From Selaginella moellendorffii (taxonomy: Eukaryota; Plantae; Lycopodiophyta), in assembly GCF_000143415.4 (NCBI RefSeq), contig NW_003314406.1:143007-207006 (forward strand): a stretch of DNA of 64,000 bases, written 5' to 3'. A program made the translations under genes and the position numbers. Shown here piece after piece: positions 1-13,134 of the stretch; position 1 is the first letter of the stretch; every line of letters begins with the position of its first letter. The notes beneath the pieces are model-generated. The model had not been told where the DNA came from and ran no database searches. It saw nothing but the letters and a program-made list of their open reading frames with translations.

Positions 1-2940
1 GATAGCTGTTAGGCAGATTGTGATTTCAAAGAAGACACATCCGTCTTCATTCGTTAACTAGCGCATTTTATTCTTGTGCACTTTATAGATTCCCATGAGG
101 TAAGGGAGATCTGGTTGTTGAGGCAAAATTCCTATAGGAGTGGTTCACTGAGCAATTGTTTTACAACTTTCTCAAGTGTTTTAGGGACATTATTGTCCGA
201 GACTGCAAGTGAGAAGTCGTTGCTATTCATCTGCACAAGCGCTTCCCCACGGGCTAACATTTTGCAAAAGAAGGTGGGTGTGTTAGCCGCTTTATCGGTG
301 CCACTAATGTACAAGTGTTTATGTACCCACTCCAGTTGCCGTTATGCCTTGGGGGTGGTCATCACATCTACGGTTGTGGTGGTCTAGCAATTTTGTATTG
401 CCATGGTAGTTAATATGCTGTTTAACAGCAGCTTCGTTACTTGGCCAGTTGCAGATGTAGACATCCAGGATTATACTGGCAATCTGATCCCAAGCTTCAC
501 AGATTTCAGCAATGATTTTTGCCGTTTGGAGTGGTTTCGGAGTGATGTGATTGAGGCCTTTCTCGATGACAGCCATGAGTATGCGTGAGCCAAGGATCTT
601 TGGATCCAGTGTTCCCACATGGCCAGTCTCGTCGAGGTAGGTCACCTATGGCCATCGTTTGCATTCACAAACAAGAGGCTCAAGAGTGTCCCAGTTACAA
701 AAAACCTCTTTGGGTTTATAAAAGTCATTTTTGATCTAGGGCTCATACCTCCAGCCAAATACGATGGGATCCAGGAGTTCCATGTCTAGACCAATCATTT
801 CCATGAGAGTGCGGATACTGATCCTCTCGAATCCGACACTGATATATCGAAGGTGTACGAATTTTTGTTCGCTCTCTGTTCCCTCTTTGACCAGCCATTT
901 TCGTTCGGCCAAATGATGGATGTAGTGTAAAGTACACTGTGGAAGCAATCACGAGAGCATTTTCATTAGCTACCAATCATGGAAGGAGAAAACAGAAATT
1001 TATTTATTGCTGCTTTCTTTCACTAAGCCTTTTGCGTAGCTTCTGTTTGTTCGAGCTTGCATTGGCCTCGAATGTCTTGGAAATTGATGGTGGTGTGCCT
1101 GTCTCCTGTGATGTCAGTCCCATGGACATTTGTCCGTTGGGATGATCATGTTTCCGATTTGGTGGTAAGCCTCAAGACCTTGCCGGCGTGCATTGTGAGG
1201 ACAGTGTAGGTGAGAAAGCTCCATTACTTTCATTACCGTCACGTCGTGAGGACATTGGGGACCTGTACTGCTGGACAGGGATGAACTTACATATGTTCAT
1301 CTTAGTTTGTCCATGAGGGATGAACTCCAGATCCCGGTTAGCTGGCTTTTTTGCCACCTCAATAGCGGCTGCTTGCATCCATTCTCAGATTTGAAGGAAG
1401 GCAGCTGTCTGGAGGATCACCTGCGGATTAGCCATGAGTAGGGATAGGAAGATGGCAAGGCAGTCTGATGATGTCAAACTTGAGTCTGGCCAGTACTTGT
1501 CTAGATTGTTAAGCATGTACCAGAACAAGGAGTCAAGCCAGACAATTCCTCCTTCACATCCCTGGCAATCACAGCAATAGTATGGTCAAAGCTGGTTCCA
1601 TGTACGTTGATCTCCTTGTGATAGGTTCCAGCTTTTTGTATTCAAAAAGGCATCACCATCACAGCGTCCATGGAAAGTAGCCTGCTTGAAAACATCATCC
1701 GTAGTCTTTTGGAATGGGATAGCCGGTTTGTAAGCATAATTCCCCAGTGTTGCATGTCCGTATGATGCTTCCAGTGTTTGTTTTGACCACTGTACTGCAT
1801 CCAGTCGTAGCAAAGCCACCATCTGGATCCAGTTGGATGCCTCCAAGGGAGACGTCCAACCTAAAAGATTTGTGAGTGTCCAGAACTTATGCAGTTCTGG
1901 AAGGCGGTGGGAGGCTGCATCGAGAACTCGTGTGGTGGCGAAGGGGAACTTCCATCCACTCAAATTCTCCAACGGGTCAAACATGATACGACCATTATCA
2001 ATATGGTCCACGTTTGCTCCTTCCAAGGTGTCCGGCTGTGATGGGATGAGTCCAGTCACGAGCAAACATGCATTTTGGCTCAGGAACTCAAAACCATTAC
2101 TAAGGTTGATCTGTGGTTTCCCCAGATCAATGCCTTTCCCATATGAGCCTTTATACCCTGTAACCCGATTGTACTCTTGGGACCATTGGAGCATTTTCCA
2201 GGTAATCCTTGGTTCAGTAGAGGAGAAATTAACAAGTTCTTTTTCCTTGTCTGCCATCCACCATCATAGTAGAGCTTGGTTATCATTCACCTGATCGGTA
2301 AGGAGTGTCTAGACCAGGTGCCACCATTCTTTGGTTTCAACCTACTGGAAGAGGCAAAGGTATCGCTTGTTCTTGCCAACTGCCTCTGATTCTGGCACCG
2401 TGAGCAGCTTGTCCGCGATCTTCTTCTCATATGCAAAGATCTCTCGTAAGCGCTCTGGTTTCTTTGCAGCTAAAAGCAGTAAAAAGTACTGCACAGCCGG
2501 GATGGGAGCCACAAAATCATCAGTGTTCATGTACTCCATCATCTCAGGTAGCCAGAAATCCTGAAAAGCCACGCATCAGTCCATATCCAGTTCGGCGGGA
2601 AAGTAGGAGTGGATCATGTGGCGTTTTGTATTGGCAGCCAGGTATCACACCCTGGCACGGCTGTCCCTTGCAGGTATTTTTGGTTAAGCAGATCATTTAA
2701 GCAGGGGACGCAGGGATTCATTGGAAGTGGCAACCACCAGATAGGATTCAGAAGGCAGCTAGGAGTGCAGACATTGACCTTGATACGATACATTGCAAAA
2801 GACCACAGCCCCTCCTACTGGAGGCATAGGAGTAGGCATCACATAGGAATGCTAGTAGATAACATGAGGCAGTGAGGGGCGGCATGCCCACTTTTATTAG
2901 TCCCAATAGGTCTTTGACATACACATTTATCAAGCCATAG
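1..2940 (-). mobile_element. Decayed Penelope-like retroelement (PLE); long disrupted ORF whose RT domain runs off the left edge
   Basis: Minus-strand ORF pieces (2342-2572, 1586-2257, 1172-1378, 736-948, 319-645, 132-314) chain through TGA/TAG stops and frameshifts. They contain PLE pre-RT signatures: GWRYEP...VCECKRWP-VTYLDETGHVGTLDPKILGSRILMAVIEKGLNH (cf. CxC..GHVxTGD..KGP) and ISGTDKAANTPTFFCK (cf. PADKAxNN..CK). A hammerhead lies ~560 bp upstream. No GIY-YIG motif was recognised. The 5' boundary is approximate. Confidence 0.7.
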
Positions 2941-3501
2941 AATACCTAATCTTGAACAAAAGAACCCTAGCGCCTAGGAAACCACAAAGATCTCGGCTGG
3001 GAAGCCACAGGAACTGTTGCAGCAGCTATAGCGGCTGTTTTCAGGTCGTGGCTGGCTGCTAAAGACTCAAATTGAGAAGAATTGCATACTGACTACAAGG
3101 AAAATGACTGGTGAAGCCCATCTCCTTGCTTTTAGCTTGATCTAGGCCTAAAGACTAGGCCATGGCACGTGGCCCATTGCCCGCAACAGCCTGGAACTCA
3201 ATTCAGTCACAAAAAATCTAAAGGAAAGACGTCTACCCAGCCATCCCACAGCACTCCATGCGATGCTTTGCAGCTATCTTGAGCTCATTTGGGAGAAAGT
3301 TCTCTTCCCTCCTCTTCCCTCCTTTTTCAGCAATGCTTTGCTTGGGCCTCTAGCCCAGCCATGGATTTCTTTGACGCTCTAGTGCCAGTACAGCTCGTCT
3401 ATGCTCTTGCTCAAGGGTTTAGAAAGAATATTCTAGGAATATTTACTGTAAATTGACATGGGCTAAGTTAGGGGCTAGGTTATGGTTTTTCTTGAGACCT
3501 A

Positions 3502-3546
3502 AACCCGGCTGATGAGCTCCAACAAGAGTGAAACTGGTCTTGGGTT
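3502..3546 (+). ncRNA. Minimal type I hammerhead ribozyme
   Basis: The sequence AACCCGG-CTGATGA-GCTC-caacaa-GAGT-GAAA-C-TG-GTC-TTGGGTT has the conserved CUGAUGA and GAAA cores, stem II GCTC/GAGT, a very short stem III, a GUC cleavage triplet and stem I AACCCGG/TTGGGTT. Confidence 0.82.
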
Positions 3547-4889
3547 GCATCTCTATCCATTCTGGGCACACAACAATTGATGATTTCTATGATTTCATTG
3601 ATTTCTCTGTAATTTCATCACTTTCATCGCTTGTCACTGCTCGGAAACACAAAATATAAGTGTCAGAATTGAAAACATACCTTTGTGAAGTTTAAATGCA
3701 AACATTTAATTTAAAGCATATACTGAACAAAGATAAATACAAGCTCCCAAGCAGCTGGGCAACAAAGAGGATACTCTTATAGATGCCATAGCGTAGCAAC
3801 CCAAGCTTTGAGCAGAAAACTCTTCAAAGCTTAAAGCTGAAATGTTTGCCATGCTCTGCATGGAGCATGCCAAACGTCCACCTTGAAAGGAGGTGGGCTC
3901 CCAGCTCCTCTCAAACCAACCAACCAAGCTGCCAAGGCCACACAAGCAAATGCTGCTGCTGGAGGGCGGGGTGGAGAATCTCAAGGGAACATTCTTCTAG
4001 AGAGAATACCTTTTCGGCCAAGCTTGCGTCAAGAAAGAGTGCTTATGGTGCAAAGGGACGGGTTTCTTCATCCTCAGTGACAATGCTGCAGCATGCTGAG
4101 CAAGGTGGGGGTGCTGAAGGACATGTATGATGCTGCTGCTGCTGCTGTCTATAGCTAAAGACACCAAGGGCAAGTTTGTAAGTAACCAAAGAAGCTAACA
4201 GAACTGTAAGCTTTGCAAAGCTCTGGTTTTAAATATTTCTGCTAGCTCATTCTTGTTGGTATGATCACAGTGTGGCTGTGGGAAAGTGTGGGAAGCGAGA
4301 AAAAACAAAAAGAGTGGCCTCTTAGAATTTCTCTGAGCAAGCGTCGTGGTAACCAAAAACCAAACGTAGAGAGCTGTGGAAAAAGAAGGAGAGGAAGAAA
4401 ACAGATGTGCCAACCCGAGCTAGAGGTACACACTTACAGAAAGCAAACAAAAGGCATAGCCAAACCGGATCAGTTTCGTAGACCTTTCTACTGCAGCCAT
4501 GAAGAAACCAAGCCAAGGTTCCATCCAGCAAGTCACCACCCTTGGGAGGGATGGGTCTTCTTCTGGAACTGGAGCAGGTCTAGGGTTTATGTGTATATAC
4601 ACGTGCGTTTACAGCCCACTCAAAGGAGCAAGGGATCCTACTCCTACATGCATGCAATGCAATTTATTTTTCTGTGGTCCCTCTACTATTCATTAACCTC
4701 CTCACAGTGGGCAAACCTTGAAACACAAGACGAGCAATAAGCTCTTAGAGACAAAGAAACCTTAGAGGGCTCCATTCCCGAAAAATGCTAAGCAACATAA
4801 GGAATCATATAGTTTTTCAAATACTTTTTCTTTACAATAGTGATTTAGTGGAATAAATTTCTTCATTCTTTCCTGACGTGTTTTTTATT

Positions 4890-7800
4890 TTAGTCATGCA
4901 ATAGATTGTTACATTGTCTTTGCTGTTGTTGCTGTTTAAGCTTCATAATTTCGGACCTGGCTTTATAAAATGCTTTGATATCAGCATCAGTGCTCTCATT
5001 CCCTGTACGCATAATTGATGCATTTCCATTGGCTCGGCCGTGTGAGTTTCTGGATCTCCCTGAACGGAATAGGAGAAGAAAGATGAAGTTACTGTTTTTA
5101 AAGACATTACCAGAGCGTAGCGGTTTTTCAATGTCAGCCTCCAAGCCGTGTAGATAGTCAATAACCGCAGGAGCATTTTTAGTTACACTTGAATAATATT
5201 CACTCGGGCCTGTACTTACGTTTCTCTCCGGTGTGCTTCTAAACGACCGATTTTTCTCAGTTTGGTATGTATCTATTGTTGATAAATCAGAAGCAGACGT
5301 CAAAGAGATAGGAGATGGTGCAGAAGACTGCTGATCACGACACATTGCACTGAACCACTTTTCAAAATCAGCCTGTTAGGACCACATTAATTAAGTTAAA
5401 ACAATGTAATGCTTAGGAAACTCGCCTGGACTTTACTTCGGCTCTGTTCAAGAATCAAGTGAAGATGCTCAATTTCTCTTTTCAGGTCACGCAGCTTGCT
5501 AAACCCATCCTTATATGTTTTCTGCTTCATAACAACTTAAAGTACCCTGGTGTCAGCTAAATTATATACCTTTTCGTTTTCAATTTGTAAAATAAGGTTA
5601 TCTTCTTCAACATCGACATGTAAAATACTAGTTTTCCCATGTACGAGGTCTTCCATTGCACGTTCAACTCTACGTTTTTCAATCTTGACTTTGAGACCAT
5701 TTATCATCTAAACCAAGAAAAAGGCAAACCTCTAATACACTTCAATAAAGGTTAAATACCTCACGGGCTTTGTTGGCCCCCTCGCCCAATAACTTAGCTT
5801 CACCGTACTTCTTTCTTAAAAGTGCTTTGTTTTCTTCAATAGCATCCATGCTTGGATAGTTTCTCCAAAATCTACACATAAAGAGCGCCAGTTTTAACTT
5901 TCAGAAAAAGAGTGCTCACAGATCAAAAGCTTGTCTCCGATCACTGCCAAAACTAGACAGGCTACTATTGTCTCTCGAATCCATGGAGCTTGCTACCCTC
6001 GAGGAGGTGTTGCTAGGGATCATTCCATCCTCTGTACCATCCAGTGTAAATCCCGAATCTCTACTATCTGTCCGCCCTGAAAGCTGGATAGAATCAACTT
6101 GTGTCCATGCATTTGCCCGCGTAATGCCAGCTTCCCGCTTTCTTATGAAGGAAACTAAAATGTTAATCTCGTTTTCTCGTTGTTGCAACTGTAGATATAA
6201 GATATCTTTTAAAATGAAAATGAAATTTTGTAGATTAACCTGACAATTAAGATTCTGGATAGTTTCATGAAGGGGCGAACCACCACTCATTTCCATATGT
6301 GCGCCACTGCTTTGTAAATTAGAACACCTCTTTGCGGCAACTCCAGCTGTTGCAAGCTCTTTAAAAGCTTGAAATGCAGCTCGAATATGTAGCATGTTTC
6401 CTGAAGTCAATATTAAATATTGAAATGACCATGTGAAGTATGAACACCTCCACAGTTGAATGATGCTTCAGGCGAGAGGTCATACACATAAGCGTTAACT
6501 TGATTTTTCACCATAGCAATTTCTCTGTCTGTCAGTGGCCCTCGATCAACATCCTCACCCCTTAGAAACATTACTTCAGCCTGTGAAAAGTAAGACAGTT
6601 CCTGTTTAACATTATTACAAACAGTCTTTTTATCTTACTTTAAGATCTTTAACCTCTTGTTTCAATCTTTTAATAACGATATTGGGATCCACTTCCTCGT
6701 TCAACATGACCTGTATGCATCGTCAACACAAAGTACAGACAACTTTTCTCACCTGGTTTGAGACCATGGCAACTCGTTGTGCAAAGCGGCAAGTCGAAAT
6801 TGTTTCCTCCAATTGCTCTTGCGCAATTGATACATTGGCTATCATAACCTGCAAAACTGTATGTCCAAAAAGAAAGGAGTCCATTTTACCGTTCGACAAT
6901 TTCCTCCTATAGAATCTCTAAGAACTGATGTCATCATCGAGTTTCTATACGGAATATGTGTTCTAGACTTTCCCTGGCTTTTTTCTTGCAATGCTATAAT
7001 AACCTACATAATTGACGTCAAATATATCTGACCTTAAAAGTAAAATATACCTGCTCCAGGAAATGAAGAGAAAGGTTAATATACTTTGCCTCTCTTAAAA
7101 TCTGTACAGAAATGAACAAGGTTTAGTGAGATAATTCGTCTGGGATGACTTACCTGACCATCAACTCCCGTCTTACTGACTCGTTCTGATCCAGCAAGAT
7201 CAACAAGATGTAGCTTAGATTTTCTCACAACATCTTCACCAGTCTTTCGAGCTTCAATGCACGCTGTAAAAATACAGTGCGAGCGACTACTGGCCATGTT
7301 CATTGGTGTCGAGCTGATCATTCTGTTCGTATCACCCATGAACAGCAGGTTGAGGGCTTCCTCTTCATTCCTAAATTGTTAAGAATGTAAGAAGAACATC
7401 ATGAATAGCTATGTCCAAAAACGTACATTGCAAGGTGAGCGGAAAGGTTTCGCAGATGAATACGGGTGTCATCATCTTCCAGCAAGACAACCTTAAAAAA
7501 CCAAGTAAGCCTGGTAAACAATAGTTATGCAATGGACCTTAGGAAGATCTTCCAATGACTTTGTTTCATGATCGGGGTTAAGCAAGTCATAGCCAGTTTC
7601 ATTATAAATCTCCATATACGAGAAATGGATGCTGAAACAATTATCACTCCTGTTTGCGAGCTCACTATAAATAAGGGAAATTGCGCGTGGAATAATTCCT
7701 CGATCAACGTAACGTTCGGTCCCGCCGGTGATTGTATAAGTCTTGCCTGAACCGGTCTGGCCGTATGCAAATATTGTGCCATTGAACCCATCCAAGGCAC

Positions 7801-8145
7801 CAAGCACCACCTGTGGTCAACATGCCTGTTTTCATTCCAGATTCTAATAGAAAGAGCTGCTAACCCAAAGACAACTTGCCTACTTCTGTGGCTAAACTGC
7901 AACTGATTTACCTTTCTAGCAACTGTTTCGAATACCAAATCTTGCTTACAATCCGTATCCAAAATGCCATTGAAAGTAAAGCTGTAGCGCTCGCGCTGAT
8001 GATTTACAATTCCAATGGCAGCTTGCCTAGGAACAACCCAATTAACCCTGCCGTCATCATGGTCCACCTCGTACGAAGCCAAGTTCTTTTCTATGGGCCG
8101 CATTCGCAAGAAAATATCGATGCGACTCTCAAAAGCGTCTGCCAT
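4890..8145 (-). CDS. KIF6: Kinesin-9 family motor protein (KIF6 orthologue), multi-exon
   Basis: Motor motifs: [12 protein letters not shown] (P-loop), [67 protein letters not shown] introns resolved for the first exons (7912-8145, 7538-7810, 7427-7491, 7154-7370), including one 46-nt intron. Coiled-coil tail exons lead to a stop at 4890-4892. Confidence 0.92.
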
Positions 8146-8429
8146 TGGCTGTAAATAAGCCCTAAAATCTTCAACGTTAAATGGCTAAGAAATGATTCTC
8201 ACTGGTGCGTCACGTGATATGTTTAAACTTGTGAAAGTCTGTCCAATCGTGCTAGTGACGACGCCTATCTCCGAGGCCTCGGGCTCAACATTCCGGTTTA
8301 CAATTCTCTTATGATAAATCCAGCTGAAAGAAACACAAGGTAGTATTTGGCTGATTTTTCTGTTCGCTATTTGTTATTTTTTCTCGCTCTGTGTATTTTT
8401 CTCACTGATATGTTTCCATGCATAGAAGC

Positions 8430-9150
8430 AACATAGCATCGTCAGATACCTCTTTTTCTGTTGCAGCAGTTGCCAAGTTTGGGCAAGCTTTAAGAGCTGT
8501 TACAAAACTATGAGCATCCAGTGTCAGTCCTTCTCCATCTGTGTGATAGGAAAACTCAAGAGAACGCTTACCTTCGACACCTCCATCATGATTGAGTTCC
8601 AAGACAAAAGGCAAGGTTTCGCAATCTTGTTGAACGGATCCTATGCTCTGGCCATGCTCCCACACTTCGCAAACATGTTCATGATAGTGCTTGCTACCAA
8701 AATATCACGCTCGTATTCACTCTCCATGAGCTATGAATAAATTCTCGCTCCAATCCTCAAGGCCGAAGACTTGCTGCCTGGAAAAGCATCGCATGTTTTT
8801 ACCCACACAATGAAAGTCCTAGAATCAGGATCCATACCTTCTCAGCGATATCCTCCTCGAGACCAATCCTCAAGACCAACTCATGGGGAAGTTTTCCCTC
8901 CTCCAGACACCAGAGCTTCACCCACTTCCCACGGACGAACTTGTCTTTGTTCTGGTCGTATCCAAGGATTAGCACTGTCAAGCAGAAGACCCAATCCATC
9001 AAAAATCTCGTGAGCACGATCCCTGCACCCGCATCTGGCATACATATCCAGCAGCGTGTTAGCGAGAGAGCGGCTCCTCTTTGATCGCCCGCGAGTGGCC
9101 TTATCATAAGCCTTGGCCACGGCAATGAAGCAAGAAGTCTCTCGTGGCCC
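8430..9150 (-). pseudogene. PLS-class pentatricopeptide repeat (PPR) gene fragment, frameshifted
   Basis: PPR motifs LANTLLDMYARCGCRDRAHEIFDGL, GMDPDSRTFI, ERDILVASTIMNMFAKCGSMARA and DAHSFVTALKAC are spread over several frames with stops. Confidence 0.75.
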
Positions 9151-9214
9151 TTCTACTACACGAGAAGGGAAAACCATTAGCAATCGCATGACCAGCTGAA
9201 AGCTTCCTTCGCAG

Positions 9215-9748
9215 GTGACAGTTTCTTACTTGCCTCAGTTACCGAGACAGAGAGAGCTGGTAGCGGCACTGGAAACATATCACTCCGAGCTCGCGGCTGT
9301 AGACTTTAAGGCAAAGAGACATCCAGACCACAAGTACACGGAATCACAGGTAGTTTGCTCCGGTTGGTGCGACTAAATGAGAGATTGTTTCGGCATTACA
9401 GGCACAGGCAGCGGATGGCTTTTTGAAGACTCTTAGAAGCTACTAAGAATCACTATGCACGGATGTACGTGCTAACACGATCACAAACGTTCAATCTAAT
9501 AATGACCGAGTAAGTCTCTCCGGCTTGTTGTATCATCCATGCTTCTAATGACGCATATCCCGTCCAGGTCTCGTTGCTTTTGAAGAAGAGTTTTACTGAT
9601 TCCTTCACGAGCCGAGATCGTGCTTTCATCGAGGTAAGACAAGATAGTACTGATTACAGTTTTGACAAGAAAACTAAAAGCTCTTTCTCCATTCACTGAT
9701 ACTCAACTCTTCTTGGTACATACTGAGGCCGTTCTATTGAGCTTTTGA
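9215..9748 (+). pseudogene. C-terminal exons of a plant DENN (AEX-3) domain gene with an in-frame stop
   Basis: Spliced translation: LPQLPRQRELV..AKRHPDHKYTESQ/AQAADGFLKTLRSY*ESLCTDVRANTITNVQSNNDR/VSLLLKKSFTDSFTSRDRAFIE/..FTDTQLF. TAA at 9444-9446 sits where YLESLC is expected. Upstream exons are absent. Confidence 0.75.
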
Positions 9749-10959
9749 TAAGTGTACTCTGGCAAGCTTGCATTCATAGTAAGTTAATAGTTTTATAAAA
9801 CAGAGAAAAAAGAAGAAAAAACTTCACCCAGACTGGCAGAGTTCAGCCGTTAATGGCATTGAAGGTGAACCTTGAAAGATGCTAGGGGATGGTGGAGATC
9901 ACAGGGCCATATCTCTGCAGTAACGATTCTCACATCAGCAAAGGAGGAGAAAAAAATTCTCAAAGCAAGCAAACAAGAAAAGAAGTGTCAGTCATTAAGT
10001 GTTTCTTCTTTTCCCTGTACACTGTTGTAGAGCTCAAACAATGGAACTGCCAGTAGCTTGAGATTCTTTGGAACATCAAAGTATTATTTTTCAGGGAGGA
10101 GAACCTTCTTACACTCCTGACACAAGAAAAAATAAAAGAAAAGAGAAGATCATACCAAAGAGTGGCGAGTAACAAAGAGCAAAGATCAATACCATTGATT
10201 TGGTGATGTGAGGAGGGCAGTAAGGATATAGCAGCACTCTCCAATCTGGAAGAATTGAAAATGAACAAAACCAAAGTTCTTCCTCTGTCTTCATGTCCTT
10301 CCATCGTACCTGCCAGCCGGGCAGGATCAAAGCTGGTGTTGGAGTGAACTTTCTTGTGAGTTTCCTTTTCAATCCTTCCACCTCTAAAAAATCAAAGTTA
10401 GCAGCATGAACGATGAAAGAAAGCTTCTTTACCGTTTTCTCCAGTCTTAAGTCTTCCTCCGGGAAGCTTGAAAAACGTATTCCTGTTTTGCAGGAGCAGC
10501 AAGTGTGGATGGTTGTGTTCTTGAACCTTCGCAAACGAAGAAAGGAAAGGAAAACAATGGAAATCTACAAGAGAGAGGAAGAAAAAACACTACCAGCAAA
10601 ATTACGAGGCAAAATGTCTCCTATTCTGCAGCAGAACTGGTCAGAAAATATCAAAGGAAGCATTTTTATAGTTTACAGCGGCACAAATGGGAGGAAGCCT
10701 CTCTTACCTCACTCATTTGACGAGAAAAACATGACTTGTCATCTCTCTCTGGAACATACACAAAGTGAGCAAACGAGAGGAGTTGAGAATGTAAAGGCAC
10801 ACAGACCTGGGTGAGCTCGATGACACAGCAAAAGCGTCTGTGCCAACATTGATCCTAGAGGCCCCAACTCGATTAGGCTGCTGGATCATCACCACCATCT
10901 TCATTTAGACTGGGACTCAGCTCAAAAGTAGATGTTGGAGTTTTGTATTTGTGCTTGCA

Positions 10960-11846
10960 AGTGAATCCAAGCGTTAGGACGACAGAAGGCCATGTCCAGT
11001 ACATGTGGTTTTCACCGCCACCAAGGAGTCAGGATGCTTCAGGAAATTACCTCGTCAAGAAGAGACTTTTGAATCGTAAAGTTCTGGCCCAACCTTTGGC
11101 GGAGTTGAGGGCGTCTCCATAGCTGAAACTGCCAACGAAGAGCAGCCCTCTAAAGTCTCTTCCCGTCCAGTAAGTCGGACGTGGGATCAAATCCCGCACA
11201 GTGCCATTTCCTAGTCACCATTGCCTTATTTGCGCCTTGTGCTTTTTTGTCGATATTAGAGCTTGCTTGTTGATCTTTGTGGGCAGTGAAGGAAGATTCC
11301 AGAGTGGAGTGGTCCTCGAACTCACCCCTTCTTGCTCAGCTTCCACGCAGGACTCGAGCCATTTCTGCTTTTCCAAAGCAAAACAGGTCTCCTCCCAGGT
11401 GTCCGGGAGAGACACTCTCTGCTTGTCAATGTATATTTTACCATTGACAGAGAGTTTACTGTTGGCTCTAATCTCACACGTCCCAATACTTCACAGACTA
11501 CTCTGTGACTTTGAAGAACTTCAATCACTTTGCCCAAGTTGCCATGATGAACCTGCACAAGAGGAATTGAGTTAATAGAACATGAATGCTTTCAACAACA
11601 CCAACCTCATAAATAAGTCCAAGTTCCTCCAAAAAGAGCGCACTGAAAGCCGCTGTGTCTGGTTCTGAAGCTGGAATGTTTACTTCAATGCCACAATTAG
11701 GCAAAAACATTTCTAGCAGAAACTATGACTCCACTGTAGCTGATATAATGTCCTGCAGAAATAAGTTTCTTGCCAATAAGGTCCTGTTCGCAGAAATATT
11801 CACATTGTTTCAAAAAGAAAACTGATGAATAACAAGATCACCTGCA
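10960..11846 (-). pseudogene. PUR4: Phosphoribosylformylglycinamidine synthase (PurL/PUR4) internal fragment, frameshifted
   Basis: NCGIEV..ALFLEELGLIYEV, LPDTWEETCFALEKQKWLESCVEAEQEG, SDLLDG and SFSYGDALNSAKGWA match the PurL C-terminal/glutaminase junction. There are multiple frameshifts, and the fragment is cut by a retroelement at ~11857. Confidence 0.75.
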
Positions 11847-11856
11847 TCTTTTTGAA

Positions 11857-13134
11857 TGTTAGAATCCTATCCCTTACACCCTAAACCAACTGGCTAAAGG
11901 GGTGACTAGTTGTACCCTGCTTAAGCTCTTGGTCCATATTTTATAGCCATATATATTAACAAGGCATTGGGCCCTTTATTCTGAGATAGTACACCTTTCA
12001 ACTAGTTAATATAAAATATTGGATGGATTTTCACCCCAGTTGGCAATCACACCCGATAAACTGACTTACCGATGCATTCCAGCACTTCATATGGACCAGC
12101 ATACCGATAAGAAAGTTTATCACTCTTCCCATTCCATAAAGGCACCAAGGTGTTTTGCCGCTTTCTTGACGGAAAGATCACTCACACAAAGACGAGATCA
12201 CCCACCTTATATTCCCGGAATTGGTGATGCTTATTAGCAAACTTCTCCACTCTATCCTAAGCTGTCTGTAAATTCTGTTTACACACCACTAGCATCTCAT
12301 CAAGTTTTATGGCTAAATCAGTTGCCTCTGAGTCAAGCTTATCTTGAACATCCATACTCAAATGCAATCCCAACTCCACTACTATTCAGGGATGCCTTCC
12401 AACTATGACAAAGTAAGGATTTAGCTTGGTTCCACTGTGTTGGCTATTATTGTAGGCAAATTGCACAAAAAAAAAATATAAATCCCACTATTCTTGCCTT
12501 TGACCAATGTTACAGTGTAATATATCCTCAACCACCTGATTCATATACTTAGGTTGCTAATTTGTTTGAGGATGATCTCCACTCAAAAGTTTCAAAGTCA
12601 TTGCATAGCCTTTGTAAAATTCTTCCAAAATCCACTAGTGAACTTTAAATCTCGATCATTAATGATGTCCTCTGGCAAACTAAAATTAAGAAAACCCTTC
12701 TCCAATTAGACTGCAATCAAGTCTAAAGCAGTGATAATCTTTCGAAGAGCTATTCATCAACCAATCCACTATAACCCATATTTGCTCTTTTTGCCTCTAT
12801 GTTTGTGGCAAACAAGTGATGAAGTCCATAGAGATATTACACAAATGGCTCTAAAGAATAGGTAAAGGTTGTAAAAGTCCCCTTGGCTTCTCCTATGGCA
12901 CCTTTACTCATTGACAAAGCTCATATGATTTATAATACTGAAGGATATTAACTTTCATATTCCTCCAATAAAAATTGTGCTTAATCAACTCAATCATCTT
13001 CTTCCCCCCAAAATAACTGGCCTCTGGACAATCATGATAGTGGAATAAAATTTGGGTAATTAATGCATTCACCCGTGGCAAATATACACAGCCATTGTAG
13101 TAAAGAATCCTATCCACAGGTGCTTCTATCTGGT
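11857..13134 (-). mobile_element. Old Ty3/gypsy integrase fragment (family of element C) ending in a partial 92-bp-family short LTR
   Basis: Homologous to 58400-59500 (LYYNGCVYLPRVNALITQILFHYHD..FGGKK..FYW..ELCQ, SMDF) with many stops. 11857-11908 matches the short LTR at 22489-22580. Confidence 0.8.

Noticed and set aside
3700-4740. Short ORFs between the hammerhead and the KIF6 3' end
   Set aside because: No recognisable domain or consistent splice model; may be PLE-related or non-coding.
9830-10900. 141-aa and neighbouring ORFs
   Set aside because: Exon-like but unassignable; no product can be supported.
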